The notes beneath the pieces were generated by a model, which saw only the letters and a program-made list of their open reading frames with translations, did not search any database and was not told the origin of the DNA. A stretch of 64,000 bases of DNA from Verrucomicrobiales bacterium. GTDB lineage: Bacteria; Verrucomicrobiota; Verrucomicrobiia; Limisphaerales; JAYPEY01. Shown here in pieces: positions 37,196 to 46,201 of this stretch. The number at the start of each line of letters is the position of its first letter. Position 1 is the first letter of the stretch. Made by a program: the position numbers and the translations under genes. Location: the NCBI GenBank assembly GCA_038126035.1, contig JAYPEY010000002.1, forward strand, positions 82,837-146,836, given 5' to 3'.

Positions 37196-40100
37196 ATGAC
37201 AGCAAGACGCCTTCTCCCTATCTCTCTGGCCGCCATTCTTGGCATTGCGAACGCCACGCTCGCCGACCCCGCCAAGGATTGGCCCGCCTACCGCCACGAC
37301 GCCAACCGAAGCGCAGCCACAGCCTCCCCATTGCCCGGCGAGCTCAACCTCCAGTGGACCTGGCAGTCGCCGCACCCGCCTGTGCCCGCCTGGCCCATGC
37401 CCGGCGAAGAAAAACCACGCATGCACACCGACCGCGCGTTCCATGTCGTGGTCGTCGGACAGACCGCCTACTTCGGATCTTCGGCCGACAACAAGCTCCG
37501 CGCCATCGACACCCGCAGCGGGGGCGAACGCTGGAGCTTCTTCGCCGAGGGCTCCATCCGCTTCGCCCCGCACGTGGTGAACGGGAAGATCTACTTCGGC
37601 GCGGACGACGGTTACGCCTATTGCCTGAAGGCGGACACCGGCGAACAGGTCTGGCGTTACCAGCCCAGTCCCATGACCGAGCGGGTGATCGGCAACGGCC
37701 GCATGATCTCGCTTTGGCCCGTGCGCACGGGCCTGCTCGTGGACGATGGCGTGGTCTACGTGGCCGCCGGCATCTTCCCCTATGAGGGGCTTTATGTCTG
37801 CGCGGTGGATGCCGAGACCGGACGCGAGATCTGGAAGAACGACACCGCCGGGGATCTCGCATGGGAACTTCAATACGGCGGCATGGCGCCGCAGGGCTAT
37901 CTGATCGCCTCCGAATCCACGCTCTACGTTCCGTCCGGCCGCGCCATGCCGGGAGCTTTCGACCGCAAGACCGGGAAGTTCATCAAATTCCTTTCCGGCG
38001 GAGGCAAGGCCGGCGGCTCCTGGGCTTTGATCGACCAGGGCAACCTCGTCGCCGGCGACAACAACACCGGCAAGCCGACCAAAATTGTTTTTGACGAAAA
38101 GACCCAACGCTCCCGCGGCGATATCTTCGCGAGTTTCCCCGGCATCGACATGGTCCTCACTAAGGAGACCGCCTACACACTCACCGAGACCGCCGTCATC
38201 GCCATCGACCGCGCCGCCTATGCCAAGGCCGCCGCCGAACTCCCCAAGATCGCCAAGCAGCGCAAGGACCTGGCCAAACAAATTGGCGACGCCCGCGATG
38301 CAATGAAAGCCGCCTCAAAGAAGGGCGAAGACACCAAAGTCGCGACTGCCAGGCTGTCGGACTTGACCAGGCAACTCTCAGAACTGACCAAACGCGAGTC
38401 CGCCCTGACTCTCGCCCGCAACAAGTGGCAATTCCCGCACGAGAAGCTCACCACCATCGCGCTCGCCGGCGACACCGTCACCTGCGGAGGAAGGGGCATC
38501 GTCCAGACCATCGACGCCAAGACCGGGAAGTCAGCGTGGAAGGCTGACGTCAAAGGCCAGATCATCGGAACGTCCATTGGGGACGACCGGCTTTTCGCCA
38601 GTTCGACTACCGGGGAGATTTACTGTTTTGGAGGGAAGCAAAACTCCCGCCCGATGGTTATTGCCCAAGCGTCTCGGGATTTCGCGTTTCTCAATGGGCT
38701 CGCCGTGCAGCCCTACAAGTCTGCCGCCGCAGCCATTCTCGACAGATCCGGGATACGAAAAGGCTTTTGCCTGGTGGCGGACGCCGGCGATGGCCGACTC
38801 GCCTACGAACTGGCCAAGGCCAGCGATTTGAAGATCGTCGGCATTGAGCACGACCCCGCCAAACGCGCCCGCGCCCGCCGGAACCTTGAACAAGCCGGGC
38901 TCTACGGATCACGCATTGTCATCGAGGGTTGGTCCTACGGAGAACTTCCCGACTATTTCGCCAACCTGATTGTCAGCGACCGCCTCGTCCTTGACGGTGA
39001 GACGGACGCCCCCTTTATCGAACTGGAGCGCATCCTTCGTCCGGCCGGCGGCGTCGCCATTGCCGCATCGACGAAGGATCTGTCCCAACTACAGGAACTT
39101 GGCGGAGGCAAGTGGAACACGAAGTCCATCCAGGGCGACATCAACGTCGCCATGACCACCCGCCCCAAGCTCCCCAAATCCGGAACCTGGACCGGCCTTT
39201 ACGGCAATCCTGAAAACACCGGCTCCTCCCCCGATGAATTGGTCAAAGGCCCCATGGGCGTGCTGTGGTTCGGCGAGCCCGGCTCCGAGCACATGCTCGA
39301 CCGTCATGCCCGCTCCGTCAGTCCCATCGCCATCAACGGCCGGTTGCTCGTGCAGGGCATGGAGGTCGTCATGGGCTACGACGCCTACAACGGAACCTTC
39401 CTCTGGAAACGCGAAATCCCGGGCGCCGTCCGCAGTCGCGTCGATGTCGATGGCAGCAACCTCTTTGCCACGGACGACCACCTCTTCGTTGGCGCCATCG
39501 ACAGCGCCCTGCAGCTCGACGCCCAGACCGGCGAGACCGTCCGGGAGTTCCCCGTGCCGCGACGCGCCGACGGCCTGGCCCGCCGCTGGGGTTACATCTC
39601 GGCCGCCAACGGCATCCTCTTCGGCTCCTCCGCCGTCCCCCTCAAGGCCGAATACGGCTCCATGTGGAACGACATGGTCGACAACGGCGAGTGGAAGGCT
39701 GACGACCAGATCCCCGGCTACTTCAAGAACTTCAAGGCCCGCGGCAGCAGCGATTCGATCGTGACCTATTTCAAAAAGAAATACGCCAAGCCGGATTTCA
39801 ATGCCTACGCCGAATTCAAGCGCGACGGTTACCACTGGAAATACAGCGCCTCCTTCCCCGGCTGGCTGCCCGATCACAAGCCCTCGGCCGTGGACGACCG
39901 AATGATGATCAGCGACACCCTGTTCGCCTATGACATCAAGACCGGCAAACTGCTCTGGCAACACAAGTCCACCAAGATTCCCCAGATCAGCATCACCCTC
40001 GGCGACGGCAAGGTCTTCTTCGTGCAGGACGATCTGAAGCCCGAGGAGAAGAAGGCCGCTCAGAAGGAGCGTCAGGCGTTGATCGAAACGGAGATCTACC

Positions 40101-41377
40101 AGAAGCACGACGAGGATAAACTGCCCGAGAGCAAGAAGGACTATCGTCGCGTGGTCGCGCTGGACGCAAAGTCCGGCGAGCGGATCTGGTCCAAGCCGGT
40201 GGATCTCAGCGGCTGCGGCGGCAACAAGCTCGGCGTCGCCTACGCCGACGGTCGCGTGCTGTTCTTCGGACACTACAGCAATCACGACCAGAGCGCCTTT
40301 GCCAAGGGAGACCTCGAATGGCGCCGCATCACGGTCATGGACGGCGCCGGCGGCAGTTTTCTCTGGTCCAAGCCGCTCAACTACCGGCGACGCCCGCTGA
40401 TCATGAACCAGACCCTGTTCATCGAACCCCGCGCCGCAAACCTCGCCGACGGCACGATCAAGACCCGCACCCACCCGATCACCGGCGAGAAGGTCCCCTG
40501 GGAATTCCTTCGCCCCGGCCACAGTTGCGGCGTCGTGACCGCCTCGCCCAACAGCATCTTCTACCGCTCCTTTTCGGCGGCGATCGTCAACGTCGAGAAG
40601 GACACTGGATTGCAGCTGTTCGGCGGGACGCGCCCCGGATGCTGGAACAGCATGATCCCCGCGAACGGTCTGCTGACGATGCAGGAGTCCAGCGCCGGCT
40701 GCACCTGTTCCTATTCGTTGCGCACGACCATCACCATGAAGCACAAGCCGCAGAAGGAACCGGGCGAATGGACGGTCTTCATTTCCGGCGAACCAACCAA
40801 ACCGGTCTCACATTTCGCCCTCAACCTCGGCGCCCCCGGCGACATGCGCGCGTCGGATGGGACACTCTGGTTCGGCTATCCGAGGCCCGTCACCTCGGTC
40901 GGCCTGGGCCCTTACAAGAACTACGGCGTGAAGTTCAATCTCGGCGAGAACAAGGACAGCATCGTCGACCGGCGCGACTTCCGCGGCGTCACCATCGAGG
41001 ACGACGAGCGCTCCTGGCTCTACACCTCCGCGCTGACCGGATTGAGCGGCATGAAGATCCCATTGCTCGATGAAGGCAAGCAGGGCGTCTACACAGTGCG
41101 GATGGGCTTTGTTGCCAAGGCCGGCCAAAAGACCGGCGATCAGGTGCTCGACATATCAATCCTCGACCAGACCGTCGCGAAGGACTTCGACGTCGCCAAG
41201 GTCGCCGGCAAAGCCGGCAAAGCCGTGGTGAAAGAATTCAAGGGCGTCAAGGTGACCGGCGACCTGAATCTCGCGTGGACCGCGACCGGCTCCGGCAAGC
41301 CCGCCCTCCAGTTCCTCGAAATCATCCGAGAGGACGTCCCGCCCGTGAAGGCGGCGAAGTTGAATGTGATCGACTGA
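37196..41377 (+). CDS. Giant secreted protein: PQQ/BamB-like beta-propeller repeats + coiled coil + class-I methyltransferase-fold domain + second propeller + C-terminal malectin-like domain
   Basis: Signal peptide MTARRLLPISLAAILGIANATLA. Repeated G.(I/V)Y(F/V)G..DG..Y(A/C)(L/I)DA.TG...W blades. Coiled coil at about 38213-38426. GFCLVADAGDGRLAYELAK..IVGIEHD..ANLIVSD at about 38693-39070. C-terminal ..VYTVRMGF..VLDISILDQTVAKDFDVAKVAG..VKEFKGVKVTGDL. Confidence 0.8.
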   Translation: MTARRLLPISLAAILGIANATLADPAKDWPAYRHDANRSAATASPLPGELNLQWTWQSPHPPVPAWPMPGEEKPRMHTDRAFHVVVVGQTAYFGSSADNKLRAIDTRSGGERWSFFAEGSIRFAPHVVNGKIYFGADDGYAYCLKADTGEQVWRYQPSPMTERVIGNGRMISLWPVRTGLLVDDGVVYVAAGIFPYEGLYVCAVDAETGREIWKNDTAGDLAWELQYGGMAPQGYLIASESTLYVPSGRAMPGAFDRKTGKFIKFLSGGGKAGGSWALIDQGNLVAGDNNTGKPTKIVFDEKTQRSRGDIFASFPGIDMVLTKETAYTLTETAVIAIDRAAYAKAAAELPKIAKQRKDLAKQIGDARDAMKAASKKGEDTKVATARLSDLTRQLSELTKRESALTLARNKWQFPHEKLTTIALAGDTVTCGGRGIVQTIDAKTGKSAWKADVKGQIIGTSIGDDRLFASSTTGEIYCFGGKQNSRPMVIAQASRDFAFLNGLAVQPYKSAAAAILDRSGIRKGFCLVADAGDGRLAYELAKASDLKIVGIEHDPAKRARARRNLEQAGLYGSRIVIEGWSYGELPDYFANLIVSDRLVLDGETDAPFIELERILRPAGGVAIAASTKDLSQLQELGGGKWNTKSIQGDINVAMTTRPKLPKSGTWTGLYGNPENTGSSPDELVKGPMGVLWFGEPGSEHMLDRHARSVSPIAINGRLLVQGMEVVMGYDAYNGTFLWKREIPGAVRSRVDVDGSNLFATDDHLFVGAIDSALQLDAQTGETVREFPVPRRADGLARRWGYISAANGILFGSSAVPLKAEYGSMWNDMVDNGEWKADDQIPGYFKNFKARGSSDSIVTYFKKKYAKPDFNAYAEFKRDGYHWKYSASFPGWLPDHKPSAVDDRMMISDTLFAYDIKTGKLLWQHKSTKIPQISITLGDGKVFFVQDDLKPEEKKAAQKERQALIETEIYQKHDEDKLPESKKDYRRVVALDAKSGERIWSKPVDLSGCGGNKLGVAYADGRVLFFGHYSNHDQSAFAKGDLEWRRITVMDGAGGSFLWSKPLNYRRRPLIMNQTLFIEPRAANLADGTIKTRTHPITGEKVPWEFLRPGHSCGVVTASPNSIFYRSFSAAIVNVEKDTGLQLFGGTRPGCWNSMIPANGLLTMQESSAGCTCSYSLRTTITMKHKPQKEPGEWTVFISGEPTKPVSHFALNLGAPGDMRASDGTLWFGYPRPVTSVGLGPYKNYGVKFNLGENKDSIVDRRDFRGVTIEDDERSWLYTSALTGLSGMKIPLLDEGKQGVYTVRMGFVAKAGQKTGDQVLDISILDQTVAKDFDVAKVAGKAGKAVVKEFKGVKVTGDLNLAWTATGSGKPALQFLEIIREDVPPVKAAKLNVID

Positions 41378-41416
41378 TGGGAGGCATGGGCAGTCAGGAG
41401 CGCAACCCGGACGGGG

Positions 41417-41583
41417 GAACCCACCCCGATTCAACCGCTCATTCCCGGCTTCGCCGGAGCGGCAGAATATCCCCTCCCCAGAGGGGACCTACGCGTTGGC
41501 ATGCCGAAAGGAAGGTCCCCTCTTCGGAGGGGATATTTCGCTCTCCCGCGCAGCGGAATATGAGAGCGAAATCGGGGTGGGTT
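41417..41583. repeat. About 167-nt imperfect palindrome made of two inverted ~75-nt units, each with its own CCCCTC-NNNN-GAGGGG hairpin (family D)
   Basis: Outer stem GAACCCACCCCGATT (41417-41431) / AATCGGGGTGGGTTC (41569-41583). Inner ATATCCCCTCCCCAGAGGGGACC / GGTCCCCTCTTCGGAGGGGATAT. It overlaps the proposed start of the next gene. Confidence 0.75.
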
Positions 41584-42834
41584 CGCCCGATCTTACAAGC
41601 CAGCCTCCTTCTCGCCCTCGTCCTCGCCCTCCTCCTCACCCAAACCGCCCAGGCCTGTCGCTTCAACGTCCGCGATGTCGGCTTCGTCGATCTCGGCTCC
41701 CAACCCTACAAGCTCTATTGCTACATCGACAGCCGGACGCCCGCCGAACTCGTCACTCAAATCGGCGACATCTCCCTCGCCGCCCTGCTCGATTCCAACA
41801 TCGAGGCCGAAGTCGTGAATCTCGACACTGCCAAGGGCCATCCTGGACTCGAATTCGCGACGCTTGAGGAACACCCCGGCATGCCCTTCGCCGTGCTGGT
41901 CTCACCGGAGAAACGCTCCCTTCTCATTCCGCTGGTCGCCCCCGGCGAAGCGCCCGCAGAGTCTCTCTGGTCCGCCTTTGAATCACTTTACGAATCCACG
42001 TGGCGCGACGAGGTCATGGCGACCGTCCTCGAAACCTATGGCGCCGTCATTCTGCTGGAAGGCTCCGATCCGACGGAGAACCAGAAAGCCCGGGATGCCG
42101 CGGAGAAATCCATCGCGACCATTGCGGGACTCATCCGTGACAAGAAGCTGGAAAAGGAGATCGCCAACCCGCCCAGGCTGCACGTCCTCACCCGCGAACA
42201 GGCCGCCAAGGAGCGCGTCACCCTCTGGAGCCTCGGCATCGATCTCGACGCCCCCGGCGCGCAGATGGCGATGCTTTATGGCCGAGGCCGCCAGATCGGG
42301 CGCGTCCTCAAAGGTCCGCAACTCAACGATCGCACGGTCCACGCCGTGATGAACACGATCGGCCTGAGCTGCGAATGCGGGCTGGATCGGAGTTGGATGC
42401 AGGGCGCCATGCTCCCGCTCAAGTGGGACGAGGACGTGCAGCAACGCATCGCCAAGCACCTCGGTTTCGATCCCGAGGATCCGGCAATCAAGATGGAGAT
42501 GAGCCAGATCCTCTCCAAAGGCGGCGCCGGCCAGGGCGCCAGGATCAAGGTCGCCCAGGCAGACATCGACACCCTGCTCAACAACTACTCCGAATCCAAC
42601 GCGGCTCAGGCTGCCCCGGCGTCGGACGATTCGGTCATGCCGGCCGCCTCCGGCATCATCACGCCAACCAAAGCCCCGGCGACAACACCCGATGTGGCGC
42701 CCGCACACGCCGAGGCTCCAAAACAAAACCGCTCCGGCAGACTGCGCCCCCTGCTCCTTATCTTGGGCGGCGTTGCAGCCGTTATCCTCGGCGCCGGCGT
42801 CTTCATCCTTCTCCGCGGAAGAGGGAACAGATGA
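41560..42834 (+). CDS. Hypothetical exported protein with N-terminal signal peptide and C-terminal TM anchor
   Basis: MRAKSGWVRPILQASLLLALVLALLLTQTAQA|CRFNVRDVGFVD...; C-terminal LRPLLLILGGVAAVILGAGVFILLRGRG. No family recognised. Start at the ATG at 41560 (the track's 41275 overlaps the upstream gene). Confidence 0.6.
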   Translation: MRAKSGWVRPILQASLLLALVLALLLTQTAQACRFNVRDVGFVDLGSQPYKLYCYIDSRTPAELVTQIGDISLAALLDSNIEAEVVNLDTAKGHPGLEFATLEEHPGMPFAVLVSPEKRSLLIPLVAPGEAPAESLWSAFESLYESTWRDEVMATVLETYGAVILLEGSDPTENQKARDAAEKSIATIAGLIRDKKLEKEIANPPRLHVLTREQAAKERVTLWSLGIDLDAPGAQMAMLYGRGRQIGRVLKGPQLNDRTVHAVMNTIGLSCECGLDRSWMQGAMLPLKWDEDVQQRIAKHLGFDPEDPAIKMEMSQILSKGGAGQGARIKVAQADIDTLLNNYSESNAAQAAPASDDSVMPAASGIITPTKAPATTPDVAPAHAEAPKQNRSGRLRPLLLILGGVAAVILGAGVFILLRGRGNR

Positions 42835-43009
42835 AACGGGGAATGAAAAACGAATCGCTCTCAACTTTCGGCGCTCCAAAACGTTGCCGCGATTCCCGGC
42901 GCCCGTCCACCTCACTTCGAAACTTGGCGCTTGGGGCTTCCTTGGGATTTGGAGCTTGGGATTTGGAGCTTTTCTCAGCCCTTCGCCTCCCCACTTCCCC
43001 TCCCGCGTA

Positions 43010-44158
43010 ATGCCCACCTTCCCGCTCATCCTCAAGGAGATCGCGCACCGCAGATGGAATGCGCTGCTGACCTTGATTGCCGTCACCACCGCGGCGGGAT
43101 TCGTCGTGGTGTTCTTCATGACCGGCGAGGCCTCGCAGCGCGAGACCAAGCGCAACCTCCGCGACATTGGCCAGAACCTCCGCATCATCTCCAGGACCAC
43201 CAACATGGAAGACTTCTGGAACCTGGGCTATTCCGAGGAGTTGATGCCCGAGAAGTGGGTCTACGAATTCGAGAATGTGAAGGGCCTTTTCTACTCGCAC
43301 CTGACGGCCACTTTGGAGAAACGCATCGATTGGGATGGCCGCCCCGCCCTGCTGACTGGAATGTCCGCCGAAGTCTCGCCGCCCGGTCGCAAAAAGCCCT
43401 CAATGGTTTTCAACATCAAGGAGGGCGAGGCCTTTCTCGGTTTCGAACTGGCCCGCAGCCGCGACGTCAAGAAGGGCGACACTGTCACCGTTGCTGGGAA
43501 GGAACTGAAAGTCGCCTCCACCCTCGCCGAGGCCGGCTCCATTGACGACCTGCGCCTGTCGGTTCACCTCAAAGATGCGCAGGCGATCCTGGACCTGCCC
43601 GGCCAGATCAACGAAATCCGCGCGCTGGACTGCTACTGCCGCCATCCCGAGAAGGACACCTTGACGGTGTTGCGGGAGCAACTGGCCGCCGTGCTGCCCG
43701 AAGCAAAGGTGGTCAAGATGCAGGCCATCGCCATGGCGCGGGAGCAGCAGCGCACCATGATGGAGGACTACTTTGCCCTGATCATGCCCGCCGTTGTGCT
43801 GGCCTGCGGGATCTGGATCGGCGCGCTGGCCTGGCTCAACGTCCGCGAACGCGTGGAGGAAGTCGGCGTCCTACGCGCCCTGGGCTACGGCGGAGGCAAC
43901 ATCGCCGGACTCTTCCTCGGAAAGGCGGCCCTGATCGGACTGGCCGGCGCCTTGCTGGGCTTTGGAATCGGAACGGCGATCGCGCTGAAATACGGGCCCG
44001 AGATGTTCAAACTCACCGCCAGGAACATCAAGACCGACTATGCGCTGCTGAAGGCTCTCGTCCTGGGCGCACCCCTGTTCGCCGCCCTGTGCAGCTTCAT
44101 CCCCACCATGATCTCCGTCGCCCGCGACCCCGCCGATTGCCTAAGACAGGACAACTGA
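43010..44158 (+). CDS. ABC transporter permease, MacB/FtsX type (TM1, large periplasmic domain, 3 TM)
   Basis: LKEIAHRRWNALLTLIAVTTAAGFVVVFF; about 220-aa extracytoplasmic domain; C-terminal FtsX-like region EEVGVLRALGYGGGNIAGLFLGKAALIGLAGALLGFGIG. Confidence 0.85.
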   Translation: MPTFPLILKEIAHRRWNALLTLIAVTTAAGFVVVFFMTGEASQRETKRNLRDIGQNLRIISRTTNMEDFWNLGYSEELMPEKWVYEFENVKGLFYSHLTATLEKRIDWDGRPALLTGMSAEVSPPGRKKPSMVFNIKEGEAFLGFELARSRDVKKGDTVTVAGKELKVASTLAEAGSIDDLRLSVHLKDAQAILDLPGQINEIRALDCYCRHPEKDTLTVLREQLAAVLPEAKVVKMQAIAMAREQQRTMMEDYFALIMPAVVLACGIWIGALAWLNVRERVEEVGVLRALGYGGGNIAGLFLGKAALIGLAGALLGFGIGTAIALKYGPEMFKLTARNIKTDYALLKALVLGAPLFAALCSFIPTMISVARDPADCLRQDN

Positions 44159-44168
44159 AGAACCACGG

Positions 44169-44819
44169 ATGATCCGCATCGAGAAAGCCACCAGGACCTA
44201 TCGCACGAAGCGCGGCGACGTGACCGCTCTGGCGGAATTCGATTGCGAAATAGAGTCCGGCGAATTCATCTCCATCGTCGGCCCCAGCGGCAGCGGCAAA
44301 TCGACGCTTCTGCTCATGATGGGCGCCATGCTGCGGCCCACCGCCGGGACGGTGACACTCGATGGCCGCGATGTCTATGCGCTTGGCCAGAAAGAACGGG
44401 CCAGGTTGCGCGGCGCGGAGATCGGCTTCGTCTTTCAGATGTTCCACCTCGTGCCCTACCTGTCTGTGCTCGACAACATTCTCCTGGCCTCAAGGCTCCG
44501 GAACACCGAAGGCGCCAGAAGCCGCGCGACGGCGCTCGCCGATGAAATGGGATTGTCGCGCCGGATTTCGCACAAGCCTTCCGAACTCAGCGCCGGCGAA
44601 CGTCAGCGCGCCGCCATCGCCCGCGCCTTGATCACGTCGCCCAAGCTCATTCTCGCCGACGAACCGACCGGGAATCTGGACCCGGACAACGCCGCGGAAG
44701 TCGTGCGCCACCTGAAGGAATTTCAGTCGAATGGCGGCACGGTCGTCGCCGTAACCCACGGAACCGCCATCAGCGAAGCGGCGGACAGGGTCATCCCTTT
44801 GGGCCCGAACAACCGATAA
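44169..44819 (+). CDS. ABC transporter ATP-binding protein (MacB/LolD-like)
   Basis: Walker A GPSGSGKST, Q-loop, signature LSAGERQR, Walker B ILADEPTGNLD, H-loop VTHG. Confidence 0.92.
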   Translation: MIRIEKATRTYRTKRGDVTALAEFDCEIESGEFISIVGPSGSGKSTLLLMMGAMLRPTAGTVTLDGRDVYALGQKERARLRGAEIGFVFQMFHLVPYLSVLDNILLASRLRNTEGARSRATALADEMGLSRRISHKPSELSAGERQRAAIARALITSPKLILADEPTGNLDPDNAAEVVRHLKEFQSNGGTVVAVTHGTAISEAADRVIPLGPNNR

Positions 44820-44916
44820 AACCGGGCAACCCGGCGACGAAAGCCTCTCCGACACGAGACTCGCCCCGGCCAAGAAGCCGATTGCGTTCGTTTCCTTCTC
44901 AGCTAACGTTACCCCC

Positions 44917-45354
44917 ATGAAACAGTTGATCCTTGTTGCCGGCATCGCCCTCGCCTCATCGGCCGCCCTCGCCGCTGACGTCACCGTCAGGTTCAGTGAA
45001 ATCGAATCACTGAAAGGCGCCGTCCAGCAGAAGACCGAACACTACGAAATCGCCGACACCGTCCGGATCAGCGGCCCTTACTACGTGTTTGACGTGAAAG
45101 CCGTTCACGGAGATTACGAGGTCGAGTCCGTCGCCAGACTGACCAAGGTCTGCCACGAGATTCGCGCCATCGAGGAATACGTGGCCACGCCCGAAGGCCA
45201 GACGGCCTGGAAGGGCGCCAAGGCGATCGTCAAGAACCCGAAGGAATCAGGCAAGGCCATCGGCCGGGCGCTCGGCAAGACCGGGCGACAGGTGAAGAAT
45301 CTCATCAAGAGTCCCTTCGGCCGGAAGAAGAAGAAGGATGCCGAGGAGGAGTAG
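44917..45354 (+). CDS. Hypothetical secreted 145-aa protein with Lys-rich tail
   Basis: Signal peptide MKQLILVAGIALASSAALAA. Ends at a TAG that is in frame with the next ORF. Confidence 0.5.
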   Translation: MKQLILVAGIALASSAALAADVTVRFSEIESLKGAVQQKTEHYEIADTVRISGPYYVFDVKAVHGDYEVESVARLTKVCHEIRAIEEYVATPEGQTAWKGAKAIVKNPKESGKAIGRALGKTGRQVKNLIKSPFGRKKKKDAEEE

Positions 45355-45384
45355 GCGAAGAAACAGGCGAAGTCGGCCGGCGGC

Positions 45385-46167
45385 ATGATGGGCGGCAAGC
45401 AGGCGCGCACGTTGGCCTACAGGCTCCAGGTCGATGCCTATACGGACAATCCTTACATGCGGGGCCTGCTGGACTCGGTCGCCAAGCAGGAGGCCAAAGG
45501 CAGCCTCGGCGTCAGCGCCGCGTTGTTTGTCTTCGCCCCTGTGGCCGGACTCGGCTACGCCACCAAGGGCGCCCTCACCCCCGGCGCCTATGAGGAACAG
45601 ACCGAACTGCTCATCCGCGACAATCACGCCACCGAACTCAAATACCAGCTCCGCAAGAAATTCGGCGTCGATTTCGGATTGGACAAGCGTCGGGACAAGG
45701 AACAGTTGGAGGAGCTTCAGGCCTTTCTCGACAACCCGAACTTCACGCCCCGCGAGGTCGCCTACGGCTGCCTGTATCTCACCCGCATGAAGAACGCCAA
45801 GGGGATCCGCGAAACCGTGAACCAACTTGCCGGTGTGAAGGAACAGGCGACCGCTCAATTCCTGATCCGGCAACTGGAACTCTACAGCGCCGCGCATCAG
45901 GGAGGACAATCGGTCGCGCAATTGAAGACCTCCGGCGCCCGCATCGTGGCGGCAGGAAGCGATGGAAAGGGATTCGCCCTGGCGCCCTACGATCTGGCCG
46001 CAGCCGGCGAATCCATGAATACCGAACGCGACGCCCTCGTCTCGGACAGGGTGAAGTCACTCAAAATCACCGGGGACGTTGACAAGGCCTTCGCCGCGCA
46101 GAGCGCCGGAAAGGGAATCGCCGTCGGCGGCTTGCTGCTGCGGGAGGAAGCCTTCAAGGCGAAGTGA
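45385..46167 (+). CDS. Hypothetical 260-aa protein with one hydrophobic segment
   Basis: LGVSAALFVFAPVAGLGYA is a putative TM. Same reading frame as 44917-45354. No family recognised. Confidence 0.5.
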   Translation: MMGGKQARTLAYRLQVDAYTDNPYMRGLLDSVAKQEAKGSLGVSAALFVFAPVAGLGYATKGALTPGAYEEQTELLIRDNHATELKYQLRKKFGVDFGLDKRRDKEQLEELQAFLDNPNFTPREVAYGCLYLTRMKNAKGIRETVNQLAGVKEQATAQFLIRQLELYSAAHQGGQSVAQLKTSGARIVAAGSDGKGFALAPYDLAAAGESMNTERDALVSDRVKSLKITGDVDKAFAAQSAGKGIAVGGLLLREEAFKAK

Positions 46168-46201
46168 CTCAGCCAATCCGTTGCATCGAACATCGGTTCG
46201 C

